From: an uncultured bacterium
GTDB lineage: Bacteria; Zhuqueibacterota; QNDG01; JAGLOF01
Reading direction: 5' to 3'
DNA: 64,000 nucleotides
Assembly (NCBI GenBank): GCA_964621645.1
Contig: CAZUMH010000002.1
Location: 8,928 to 72,927, forward strand
The notes below the pieces were generated by a model. It did not search any database, had not been told where the DNA came from, and was given only the letters and a program-made list of their open reading frames with translations. The position numbers and the translations under genes are program-made. Of this stretch, positions 49,139 to 56,476 are shown one piece after another; within the stretch, counting starts at the first letter, position 1, and every line of letters begins with the position of its first letter.

Positions 49139-50906
49139 TTGTTTTCTCCTTTGCCTGACCCGGATGAACCTGGTGACAACCCTGCCAAAGTCCCGTGAAA
49201 AAAGAGCGGGCGTTTATGCCGAGAGAACGGACACGATAGCCTCCTTCCTGGACGACAATAATTGGAAGGCCCAGCGATCCGATCATACGGCCGTTCTCCT
49301 GAAAATCTGCAGCCCGCAGATTCCAGGAACCGGTGGGATCCCCCCTGGCGGTGTCAAGCCCCAGGGCTACGACCAGAAAATTCGGCTCATACCGCCGTAT
49401 TCGCCGCAGGGCCACCTCCAAAGCCCGCCGGTATCGTTCACCACTGATATTTTCTTCCAACGGAATATTGAGGTTATATCCGGTCCCGTCATCAGAGCCA
49501 CGCTCTTCGGAAAATCCGCTGAAATAGGGATAGGTGAAGCGGGGGTGCCCGTGGATCGATACAGTGAGCACGTCAGGGCGCTGGTAAAATATCATCTGCT
49601 GGCCGTTGCCGTGATGATAATCAATATCGAGGATGGCCACCTTGCCGAAGCCGCTGAGTAAGTGTGCCGCGATGGCGGTGGAATTGAAATAGCAGAATCC
49701 TCCGAAAACATTTGCTTCCGCGTGATGACCCGGGGGACGAACCAGAGCGTAGGCGATACGGTGACCTTCAAGAAGACAGTGAGCCGCGGTGAGGGTGCAG
49801 TCCACGGCCCGTTTTGCGGCCAGGAAAGCGTTATGATTGAGAGGGGTAAAGGTGTCGATGCAGTAGTAACCCGCTCTGATGAAAAGTTCTTTGGGGGGAC
49901 GGGCCTGGTTCCGGATGGGAAAGACATACGGGTAAACCGACTTGCCGGCGGGGAGCTTGCGGCATACGGTCTGCAGGTAGTGTACGAAGCGGGTGTCATG
50001 TACAGCGGTGATGTGGCGCTCGGCGAATACCTTCGGTTTACGGTTTTCAAAGAGACCTGTGGGAATAATTTCCTTCAGAATAGCATTGACCCGCACCGGG
50101 GCCTCCACATAGCCGCGATCATGGACCTGATGGATTTCATGCCGGTCGTTTACTACCAGGGCGATCCTGCTGTCCATGGCGAAATATTTGTTTGTCCGGT
50201 GTGTTCCCGTGATCTTGCTGTATTTTGGAGCGCGGAGGCGGATCGGGTTGTCCTGGAAGGAGTTCACTACTGTGTCAATGTACCCCTCGGGACAGACCGT
50301 GCCGTACTTTCGTTCCAGGATGGCCCAGACGATGGCACGGGCCTTTTTTTGTGAAAGGGGGATACCGCTGCCCAGATCATCGAAGACAAGGTAGGGGGGG
50401 CAGTCATCTCCCGGGGTCAGAGGAGTTTCATATTTTGTCCCTGTAATCGGTCTGGCGCCATAGCGTTCGTAGAAACGCAGACGGGCGGCGTTTTGTTTGA
50501 CATGATCCGGATCGCGGCAGAGATCCGCATCATCGGGAAGGCATTCGAAGAAGAGGCCGGTAACATCCAGTTCCCGGGCTGTATCGCGGACGATTTCATA
50601 AAGGGCCCCTCCAATTCCCCGTCCCGTCTTCTGCTGCGCCGCGGATATGTAATCCAGATAACAGAAACGCACATCGGCGGCATGCAGCAGAAGGGCGAAT
50701 CCTTTCACCCTCCTCTTTTCATCCTCTGCCACGATCAGCATAGTACGGAAGCGGTATTTCAGCGGATTGAGCAGTTTATGCGGCAGTTCGTCGATATCCT
50801 CTTCGGGCAGCTCATAAAACTGAGTCCTCAGGATCTGCTGTACCTGGGAGATCGCCTCCTTGTTAAGGGGAAGCGTGTTATCGTAGATACGCCTAACGTG
50901 GAACAT
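49107..50906 (-). CDS. Fusion protein: N-terminal GNAT acetyltransferase-like domain + C-terminal histone-deacetylase-family (AcuC/acetylpolyamine amidohydrolase-type) Zn deacetylase
   Basis: GNAT core (GFALLLHAADVRFCYLDYISAAQQKTGRGIGGALY); HDAC motifs LVRPPGHHAE, ILDIDYHHGNGQQ, GLDTARGDPTG, VVQEGGY. Confidence 0.8.
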   Translation of the reverse strand: MFHVRRIYDNTLPLNKEAISQVQQILRTQFYELPEEDIDELPHKLLNPLKYRFRTMLIVAEDEKRRVKGFALLLHAADVRFCYLDYISAAQQKTGRGIGGALYEIVRDTARELDVTGLFFECLPDDADLCRDPDHVKQNAARLRFYERYGARPITGTKYETPLTPGDDCPPYLVFDDLGSGIPLSQKKARAIVWAILERKYGTVCPEGYIDTVVNSFQDNPIRLRAPKYSKITGTHRTNKYFAMDSRIALVVNDRHEIHQVHDRGYVEAPVRVNAILKEIIPTGLFENRKPKVFAERHITAVHDTRFVHYLQTVCRKLPAGKSVYPYVFPIRNQARPPKELFIRAGYYCIDTFTPLNHNAFLAAKRAVDCTLTAAHCLLEGHRIAYALVRPPGHHAEANVFGGFCYFNSTAIAAHLLSGFGKVAILDIDYHHGNGQQMIFYQRPDVLTVSIHGHPRFTYPYFSGFSEERGSDDGTGYNLNIPLEENISGERYRRALEVALRRIRRYEPNFLVVALGLDTARGDPTGSWNLRAADFQENGRMIGSLGLPIIVVQEGGYRVRSLGINARSFFTGLWQGCHQVHPGQAKEKTNGGTRRNQLS

Positions 50907-51885
50907 TCGTCACCCCCAGAGAATCCTCCAAAATCCTTTCGATAACCTTGTCATACGGCAGAGCGGCTCTTTCCCCGGCGGCGATAAAGCCGCTGTCCGG
51001 AGAGATGCAGGGATTGGCATTGACTTCGAGCACGAAAGGGTTCCCGGCGGCATCGACCCTGATATCGACCCGGGCATAGCCCCGCAGAGAGAAAAGGTTC
51101 CAGCAGCGCAGTGAAATTTCTCTCAGCCGGTCGATGAGATCATTGTCCTCGGGATTAAAATCGAAAGAGCGGACCGTATGATGATATTCAAAGGAGGACG
51201 AATCCCACTTTGCTTCATATCCGACCAGCCAGGGTTTGCCTTCCGGGTAATCCTGAAAGGTCATCTCGGCAGGCGGAAGCACTTCCGGTCCCTCACTGCC
51301 GGCCAGCAGAGAAATGTTGAATTCCCGGCCGTGGATATATAATTCCGCGAAACACTCACCGTAGCGGTTCATCCGCTCGGCCAGAACAGAAGGAAGATGT
51401 TTGACATCAGAGACGATAGCTTCCTCGTCCAGTCCCACCGAGGCGTCTTCGTTTACCGGTTTGATGATGAAAGGCGGCTTTATCCCGGGATTGTTCCCGA
51501 GTATCTCTTTTCCTCCGGCCCAGGGGGGAGTGGGGATGCCTCCGGCCCGGAGCCGCTCTTTCGCCAGCAGTTTGTTGGTGGTCAAATAGAGAGCCTCACT
51601 GCTCGCGCCCGTGAAGGGGAGCCGCAGCTCCTCCAGCAGGGCGGGGGCGAAATAGATGAAGCGGCCGGCTCCGCCGATGGATTCGACCAGATTGAAGACG
51701 ATCTCCGGTGTGAATCGCAGCAGTGCTTCCCTGGCCTCTAGCAGGTTGAGCGAGAGGGGCAGGTGTTCCACCTCATATCCCAGTTTTGTCAGGGCCTTGG
51801 AGACATGGTCCATCTGCACCAGGACGTCCTGTTCATCTTCCGGCGAGTCACAGGAGACCTGGTTGAAGAGAATCACGGCTTTCAT
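50893..51885 (-). CDS. ATP-grasp ligase of the D-Ala-D-Ala-ligase family (paralog A)
   Basis: Ddl-like N-domain, ATP-grasp fold motifs (FIIKPVNEDASVG, RVDIRVDAAGNPFVLEVNANPCIS); 4-nt overlap with paralog B. Confidence 0.75.
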   Translation of the reverse strand: MKAVILFNQVSCDSPEDEQDVLVQMDHVSKALTKLGYEVEHLPLSLNLLEAREALLRFTPEIVFNLVESIGGAGRFIYFAPALLEELRLPFTGASSEALYLTTNKLLAKERLRAGGIPTPPWAGGKEILGNNPGIKPPFIIKPVNEDASVGLDEEAIVSDVKHLPSVLAERMNRYGECFAELYIHGREFNISLLAGSEGPEVLPPAEMTFQDYPEGKPWLVGYEAKWDSSSFEYHHTVRSFDFNPEDNDLIDRLREISLRCWNLFSLRGYARVDIRVDAAGNPFVLEVNANPCISPDSGFIAAGERAALPYDKVIERILEDSLGVTNVPR

Positions 51886-52874
51886 AGAAGGGCCGCTTTG
51901 ACCTTGACCCTTTCCATGGCGCTTTCCAGAATCATTTTAAAAAGCTGCCGGTAAGTAATGCCGTAATACGTACAGATAATAGGGAGGTCGGAATGCTCGG
52001 GATGGATGCCCGCCAGGGGGTTGAGCTCCATCACGTTGGGGACGCCCTTGTCATCGACCCGGAGATCGATTCGGCCTGCGTCCCGACACCCGAACGTGCG
52101 CCAGGTTTCCAGGGCGATTTCCACGGCCCGGAGGGCAAGCTCATCATTGACGGGAATATACCCCACGAATTCTTCGCATCTTTCCTTGTTCACATAAGAA
52201 TAGGCGAATTCTTCGGCGCCGCCTCTTAGCACGATCTCGACAACTCCAACAGAGCGTGCTGCGGGTCCCGTACCTACCAGACCTACGGTAAACTCCCGTC
52301 CCGGCAGATAGGTCTCCACCAGTACGGGCTGCCGGTAGGCAGCCAGAAGCCGGTCACAGACATCCCGCAGCTGCTCCCGGGTTTCAACCCTGGAAGAGGA
52401 ATCGATGCCTTTTCCCGTTCCCTCCGCCACAGGTTTGGCAAATAGAGGGAAGGGTAGGGTGATCGTTTCCACGTCTTCGATAACGCGGATTTCCTGAAAA
52501 TCAGGAGTGGGCAGACTGAAATCCCGCAACACTCTCTTGGTCATGGTTTTATGCAGAGTGAGTGCGAGGATGAGGGGTCCAGAAAATGTATAGGGGATGT
52601 CGTAGGCATCCAGCAGAGCAGGCACTTGCGCCTCCCGTCCGATGCCCCGCAATCCCTCGGCGATATTGAAGACCAGATCCCAGTGATCGCCCGAGGCCAG
52701 ACGTTTGGTCAGGCTCCAGATATTTCCGATCCGGTCTGTTTCGTGTCCCAGCTCCCGCAAGGTGTTCTCGATATTTTCGATGGTGGAGATACGGTCAAAT
52801 TCCGCCGTTTCTTCTTCACCATAGCCCAGGTCGAGATAATCCTGGCGCAGGTCGTAGGTAATGCCGATAATCAT
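51882..52874 (-). CDS. ATP-grasp ligase of the D-Ala-D-Ala-ligase family (paralog B)
   Basis: FNIAEGLRGIGREAQVPALLDAYDIPYTFSG (Ddl N-domain), FAKPVAEGTGKGI, RIDLRVDDKGVPNVMELNPLAG. Confidence 0.75.
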   Translation of the reverse strand: MIIGITYDLRQDYLDLGYGEEETAEFDRISTIENIENTLRELGHETDRIGNIWSLTKRLASGDHWDLVFNIAEGLRGIGREAQVPALLDAYDIPYTFSGPLILALTLHKTMTKRVLRDFSLPTPDFQEIRVIEDVETITLPFPLFAKPVAEGTGKGIDSSSRVETREQLRDVCDRLLAAYRQPVLVETYLPGREFTVGLVGTGPAARSVGVVEIVLRGGAEEFAYSYVNKERCEEFVGYIPVNDELALRAVEIALETWRTFGCRDAGRIDLRVDDKGVPNVMELNPLAGIHPEHSDLPIICTYYGITYRQLFKMILESAMERVKVKAALL

Positions 52875-53830
52875 AGCAGCTGCCTTTCTTCCGCTACCAG
52901 GCAGTCAGCCAGCGGGTCGCCGATAGAACCTTCCGGGTCGGGATACATGTAGATGTTCCCTTCATAGTTGCGCAGCAGCAGATTGTCTCCAGAGCGGCCG
53001 GCCACGTATTCGGGGAGAAGGGGAATCTTGCCGCCTCCGCCGGGGGCGTCGACTACGAAAGAGGGGACGGCATACCCTGAAGTGAATCCTCTCAGGCCGG
53101 CAATGATTTCCAATCCTTTTTCAACCGTGGTGCGGAAATGCGAGGTGCCGCGCACCGGGTCGCACTGATAGAGATAATAAGGCCGGACTCTGATTTTCAT
53201 CAGGCCCTGGTTCAGCCGGGTCATGGTCTCCACCCTGTCATTGACACCTTTGAGAAGCACGGTCTGGCTTCCCAGAGGAATGCCGGCGTCCGCCAGGCGT
53301 CGACAGGCTTCCGCTGTCTCGGGAGTCAGCTCATCAGGATGACTGAAATGAATGCTCATCCATAGGGGATGATATTTATGCAGCATCTCCACCAGCTGTT
53401 TCGTGATGCGTTGGGGCAGCACTACCGGCACTTTGGTCCCGATGCGTATCACTTCAACGTGAGGGATTCGCCGCACTTGCGAGATGAGCCATTCGAGTTT
53501 ACTGTCGGAGATGGTGAGCGGGTCACCGCCGGAAAGGAGAACATCCCGCACCTCAGGATGCTGTCTGATATACGATATGGCGTTTTCCCAGTACTGAGGA
53601 CTAATGTGGTGCATTTTTCTGACATCGCCCACGATGCGGGAGCGGGTGCAATAGCGGCAATAGACAGCGCAGAATCCCGTTACCAGAAAGAGAACCCGGT
53701 CAGGATAGCGATGCACAATTCCGGGGACAGGGGAGTCGTTGTCTTCCGAGAGCGGATCTTCCGCTTCCGATGGAGTGATATGATATTCATTATTGCTGAT
53801 AATAACCGTACGGCGTACCGCCTGGTTCAC
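52871..53830 (-). CDS. kamA: Lysine 2,3-aminomutase (KamA family, radical SAM/PLP), C-terminal about 320-aa portion. The gene continues upstream in another frame (feature 53827-54288), implying a frameshift or sequencing error.
   Basis: HRYPDRVLFLVTGFCAVYCRYCTR (CX3CX2C), PLP-Lys region, ITPYYASILDP encoded just upstream in the same frame. Confidence 0.85.
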   Translation of the reverse strand: MNQAVRRTVIISNNEYHITPSEAEDPLSEDNDSPVPGIVHRYPDRVLFLVTGFCAVYCRYCTRSRIVGDVRKMHHISPQYWENAISYIRQHPEVRDVLLSGGDPLTISDSKLEWLISQVRRIPHVEVIRIGTKVPVVLPQRITKQLVEMLHKYHPLWMSIHFSHPDELTPETAEACRRLADAGIPLGSQTVLLKGVNDRVETMTRLNQGLMKIRVRPYYLYQCDPVRGTSHFRTTVEKGLEIIAGLRGFTSGYAVPSFVVDAPGGGGKIPLLPEYVAGRSGDNLLLRNYEGNIYMYPDPEGSIGDPLADCLVAEERQLL

Positions 53831-54288
53831 ATCGGCCGGGTCGAGGATGCTGGCATAGTAGGGAGTGATGGAAAAAGGCAGTGGATTCTTGTGATCCAGA
53901 ATAGCTTCGATTTCTTCCGGTTGATTTTCGTTAAGGTCTGGATGTCTCTGATACGATTTTTTACCTGCCAGTGCCAGTCATTCCACTGGCTGTCCGGCAC
54001 GTTGGAAAAAAACAACCGACGAAATTGTCGTGTTCGTTTACTGATGACAAACGGTGGTTTTGATTTTGGTATTATTTTAAATTTATTGTGCGGGAAGGAT
54101 CCAGGAGTCACATTCAGGGCTCTTTGGACAAGAGCGGATTCTTCTGAGCGACGTCCATCAAGGACTTGATTTGAAAGGCGTTCCCCAAAGGGAGGATTTA
54201 CAAAGTGTTTGGTTTTGGCAGCACCGGTTAAACTGGTACCACCACCAGGAGGTTCGTCTTTGTCGTCAATAGAAGTTGTTGTTTTCAT
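53827..54288 (-). CDS. kamA: N-terminal portion of the same KamA gene in the -1 frame, plus an about 80-100-aa low-complexity N-terminal extension
   Basis: WNDWHWQVKNRIRDIQTLTKIN matches the conserved KamA N-terminal helix (WNDWxWQ...R...L); strong RBS GGAAGGAG before ATG 54288. The frame switch lies at about 53921-53931 in an A4/T4 run. Confidence 0.55.
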   Translation of the reverse strand: MKTTTSIDDKDEPPGGGTSLTGAAKTKHFVNPPFGERLSNQVLDGRRSEESALVQRALNVTPGSFPHNKFKIIPKSKPPFVISKRTRQFRRLFFSNVPDSQWNDWHWQVKNRIRDIQTLTKINRKKSKLFWITRIHCLFPSLPTMPASSTRPM

Positions 54289-54487
54289 GTTTCATTGTTC
54301 TCCTTCCTTCGAACTGCATTAAAGGATGTTAAATTGCCGTTTTATATAAAACAAATATAGTTTTTTTTAACAAAAAAGCAAGAGAAAACGTTATAAAATC
54401 CGTTTCCCTGAAAAAAATATTTTACAATCTTTCAGGACCTGAACACTTTCCCGGAGGCGTTAATTTTTATAAAAACAAAATTTCCCT

Positions 54488-54575
54488 TGACATTCCCATA
54501 AAAGTTTTGTTTATTTAATCGAATCCCTTGAAATTCTTTAAAATTCTTAGAAATCCCTAAGAATACAGGAAATCT
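54488..54575 (+). promoter_or_regulatory. dcw-cluster promoter region upstream of mraZ, with a -35-like TTGACA and direct repeats (AAATTCTT x2; GAATCCCTT/GAAATCCCT) that are candidate MraZ operator repeats
   Basis: TTGACA at 54488-54493; repeats between 54513 and 54560, directly upstream of mraZ. Confidence 0.3.
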
Positions 54576-54587
54576 CCGGAGCTCGAT

Positions 54588-55187
54588 ATGCTCTGTTTTA
54601 CAGGAAAATCCAAATTTACTGTTGATGCGAAACGCAGGGTAAATATTCCCGCTTCCGCTATTCTGGAACTGTATAAACAGAGCCAAGAGTACAAGCAGGA
54701 GGTCACCGGGGAAGCAGGGAATAATGAGATAAAAGAGAGTGAGGCGATCAAGAAGTTCAAGGAGTCGGCCATTATTTTTCATCTTACCAGGGGGCCGAAC
54801 GACTGTCTCTTCGTCTATCCCCGGGAAGTATTCATGGAAAAGGCGGCACGGCTCAGCGCTCACTTCGGATCCCGCGGCACCGATGATGAAGCACGGCGAT
54901 ATTTTCTGGAAACGATGGCGGATGCGCATCCAGTGCGCTGTGATCAACAGGGCAGGGTAACCGTTCCGCAAGAACACCTCGATTACGCGAAAATCAGTGA
55001 TCAGGTTCTGGTTGTCGGCGCTTTTGATCACCTGGAAATATGGTCCCCGGACGTATATGGGGCCTTTATCTCCGGAGGCAAGACGTCATCACAGGAGCGC
55101 GTCAAGCTGTTTGGCTGGGCGGAGCAAGAATCGGCGGCACATGGATCCTCTGACAGACACATTCCATCTCCCGATTCTGGTCGATGA
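54588..55187 (+). CDS. mraZ: MraZ transcriptional regulator, unusually long (199 aa) with an insertion between its two repeats
   Basis: Two MraZ repeats with DxxxR motifs (VDAKRRVNIP; CDQQGRVTVP). Confidence 0.85.
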   Translation: MLCFTGKSKFTVDAKRRVNIPASAILELYKQSQEYKQEVTGEAGNNEIKESEAIKKFKESAIIFHLTRGPNDCLFVYPREVFMEKAARLSAHFGSRGTDDEARRYFLETMADAHPVRCDQQGRVTVPQEHLDYAKISDQVLVVGAFDHLEIWSPDVYGAFISGGKTSSQERVKLFGWAEQESAAHGSSDRHIPSPDSGR

Positions 55188-56079
55188 AGTCGTTCATTTT
55201 TTTATTACTGACAGGTCGGGAACATACGTGGACGCCACCCTCGGTGGCGGCGGCTATGCCGCGGCTATTCTCCCCATCCTCAATAAGAAAGGCCGATATA
55301 TCGGAGTGGACAGGGATGAAGACGCTGTTCAGCACAGCCGCTCACGTTTCCCTGTTTCTGAAACCCGTTTCATAGCCCGGCAGGGCCAATTGGCTCAGCT
55401 GAATGAGGTGCTGAAGGAGGAGAAAATTTCCAGAATTGATGGATTGCTCTTAGACCTGGGTGTTTCTTCTTATCAGATCGATACGGCTGAACGGGGATTC
55501 GGCTATCTGGAAGAAGGGCCGCTTGATATGCGAATGGATCGCAGCAGCGGAAAAGATGCCTCTTTCGTCATCAATGAATATTCCGAAAAGGAACTGGCCG
55601 ATACTTTATACAAATATGGAGAGGAAAGAAGATCCCGTCAGATTGCCAGGGCTATCATCGCTTCCCGTGAGGCGAATCCCATCAACACCACGCTGGAACT
55701 CGCGGCTGTAATCCGCCGCATGACGCCGCGTCCCCATCAGATTAAAACCCTGGCTCGTGTCTGGCAGGCGCTGCGTTTTGAAGTAAATGGGGAATTGGAT
55801 CAATTAAGAAAGGGATTGGAGCGTAGTTACCCGCTGCTCAAATCGGGGGGCCGTATGGTGGTTCTCAGTTATGAGTCCCTTATGGACAGAATGGTGAAAC
55901 GGTTTTTCCGCGGTCAGGAGCCGCTCTTTTCCCGTTTTGAAGAACCCGGCACTGTTCCGGAGTATTCATTCACCATTCTGACAAAAAAGGTCGTGCGGTC
56001 CTCCGTGCAGGAAATAGCAGGCAATCCCCGCGCCCGAAGCGCAAGACTGCGGGCGGCAGAAAAAAAAGAGAAAGGCTAA
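55141..56079 (+). CDS. rsmH: 16S rRNA m4C1402 methyltransferase RsmH (MraW)
   Basis: HLPILVDEV, TYVDATLGGGGYAAAIL, LLDLGVSSYQID motifs. Confidence 0.9.
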   Translation: MDPLTDTFHLPILVDEVVHFFITDRSGTYVDATLGGGGYAAAILPILNKKGRYIGVDRDEDAVQHSRSRFPVSETRFIARQGQLAQLNEVLKEEKISRIDGLLLDLGVSSYQIDTAERGFGYLEEGPLDMRMDRSSGKDASFVINEYSEKELADTLYKYGEERRSRQIARAIIASREANPINTTLELAAVIRRMTPRPHQIKTLARVWQALRFEVNGELDQLRKGLERSYPLLKSGGRMVVLSYESLMDRMVKRFFRGQEPLFSRFEEPGTVPEYSFTILTKKVVRSSVQEIAGNPRARSARLRAAEKKEKG

Positions 56080-56083
56080 GAGG

Positions 56084-56476
56084 ATGGCGGGGAAAAGCAA
56101 ATCCTCCAGACAGAGCAGGCAGAGAAAACGGACTTCGTCACTGCCGATTCAGTTCCTCACGGTTGTTGGGCTGTGTCTTTTCTTGATATATCTCTGGGGT
56201 CGGGTCCAGATCGATTCGGATCTGCGGGAACAATTCAAGCATGAGCAGGAAAAGGCAAAGCTGATCAGTGAGATCAGCGACCTCAGAGTCCAAAATGAAC
56301 GATTGACGACATATGCAGTTATCGCAGCAAAAGTCTCGGGTATGGGAATGCATATTGTTCCGCCTTCCCGAATATCAAAACTGGTTGTCGATTTTGAGGG
56401 ATTATCTCTCCCGGGCGGACTTAACGCACAATTCCCGCTGCAAATGGCGGGGATGTCACCACCGGGTATGAGGTGA
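56084..56476 (+). CDS. ftsL: Cell-division protein FtsL-like (small bitopic, coiled coil)
   Basis: Basic N-terminus, single TM (LTVVGLCLFLIYLW), coiled coil; position between rsmH and ftsI. Confidence 0.6.
   Translation: MAGKSKSSRQSRQRKRTSSLPIQFLTVVGLCLFLIYLWGRVQIDSDLREQFKHEQEKAKLISEISDLRVQNERLTTYAVIAAKVSGMGMHIVPPSRISKLVVDFEGLSLPGGLNAQFPLQMAGMSPPGMR

Noticed and set aside
49164-50354. Two plus-strand ORFs (165 and 230 aa) inside the GNAT::HDAC gene
   Set aside because: Antisense to a gene with full HDAC catalytic motifs; no domains of their own.
53369-54169. 266-aa plus-strand ORF
   Set aside because: Antisense to kamA, whose radical-SAM/PLP motifs are unambiguous on the minus strand.
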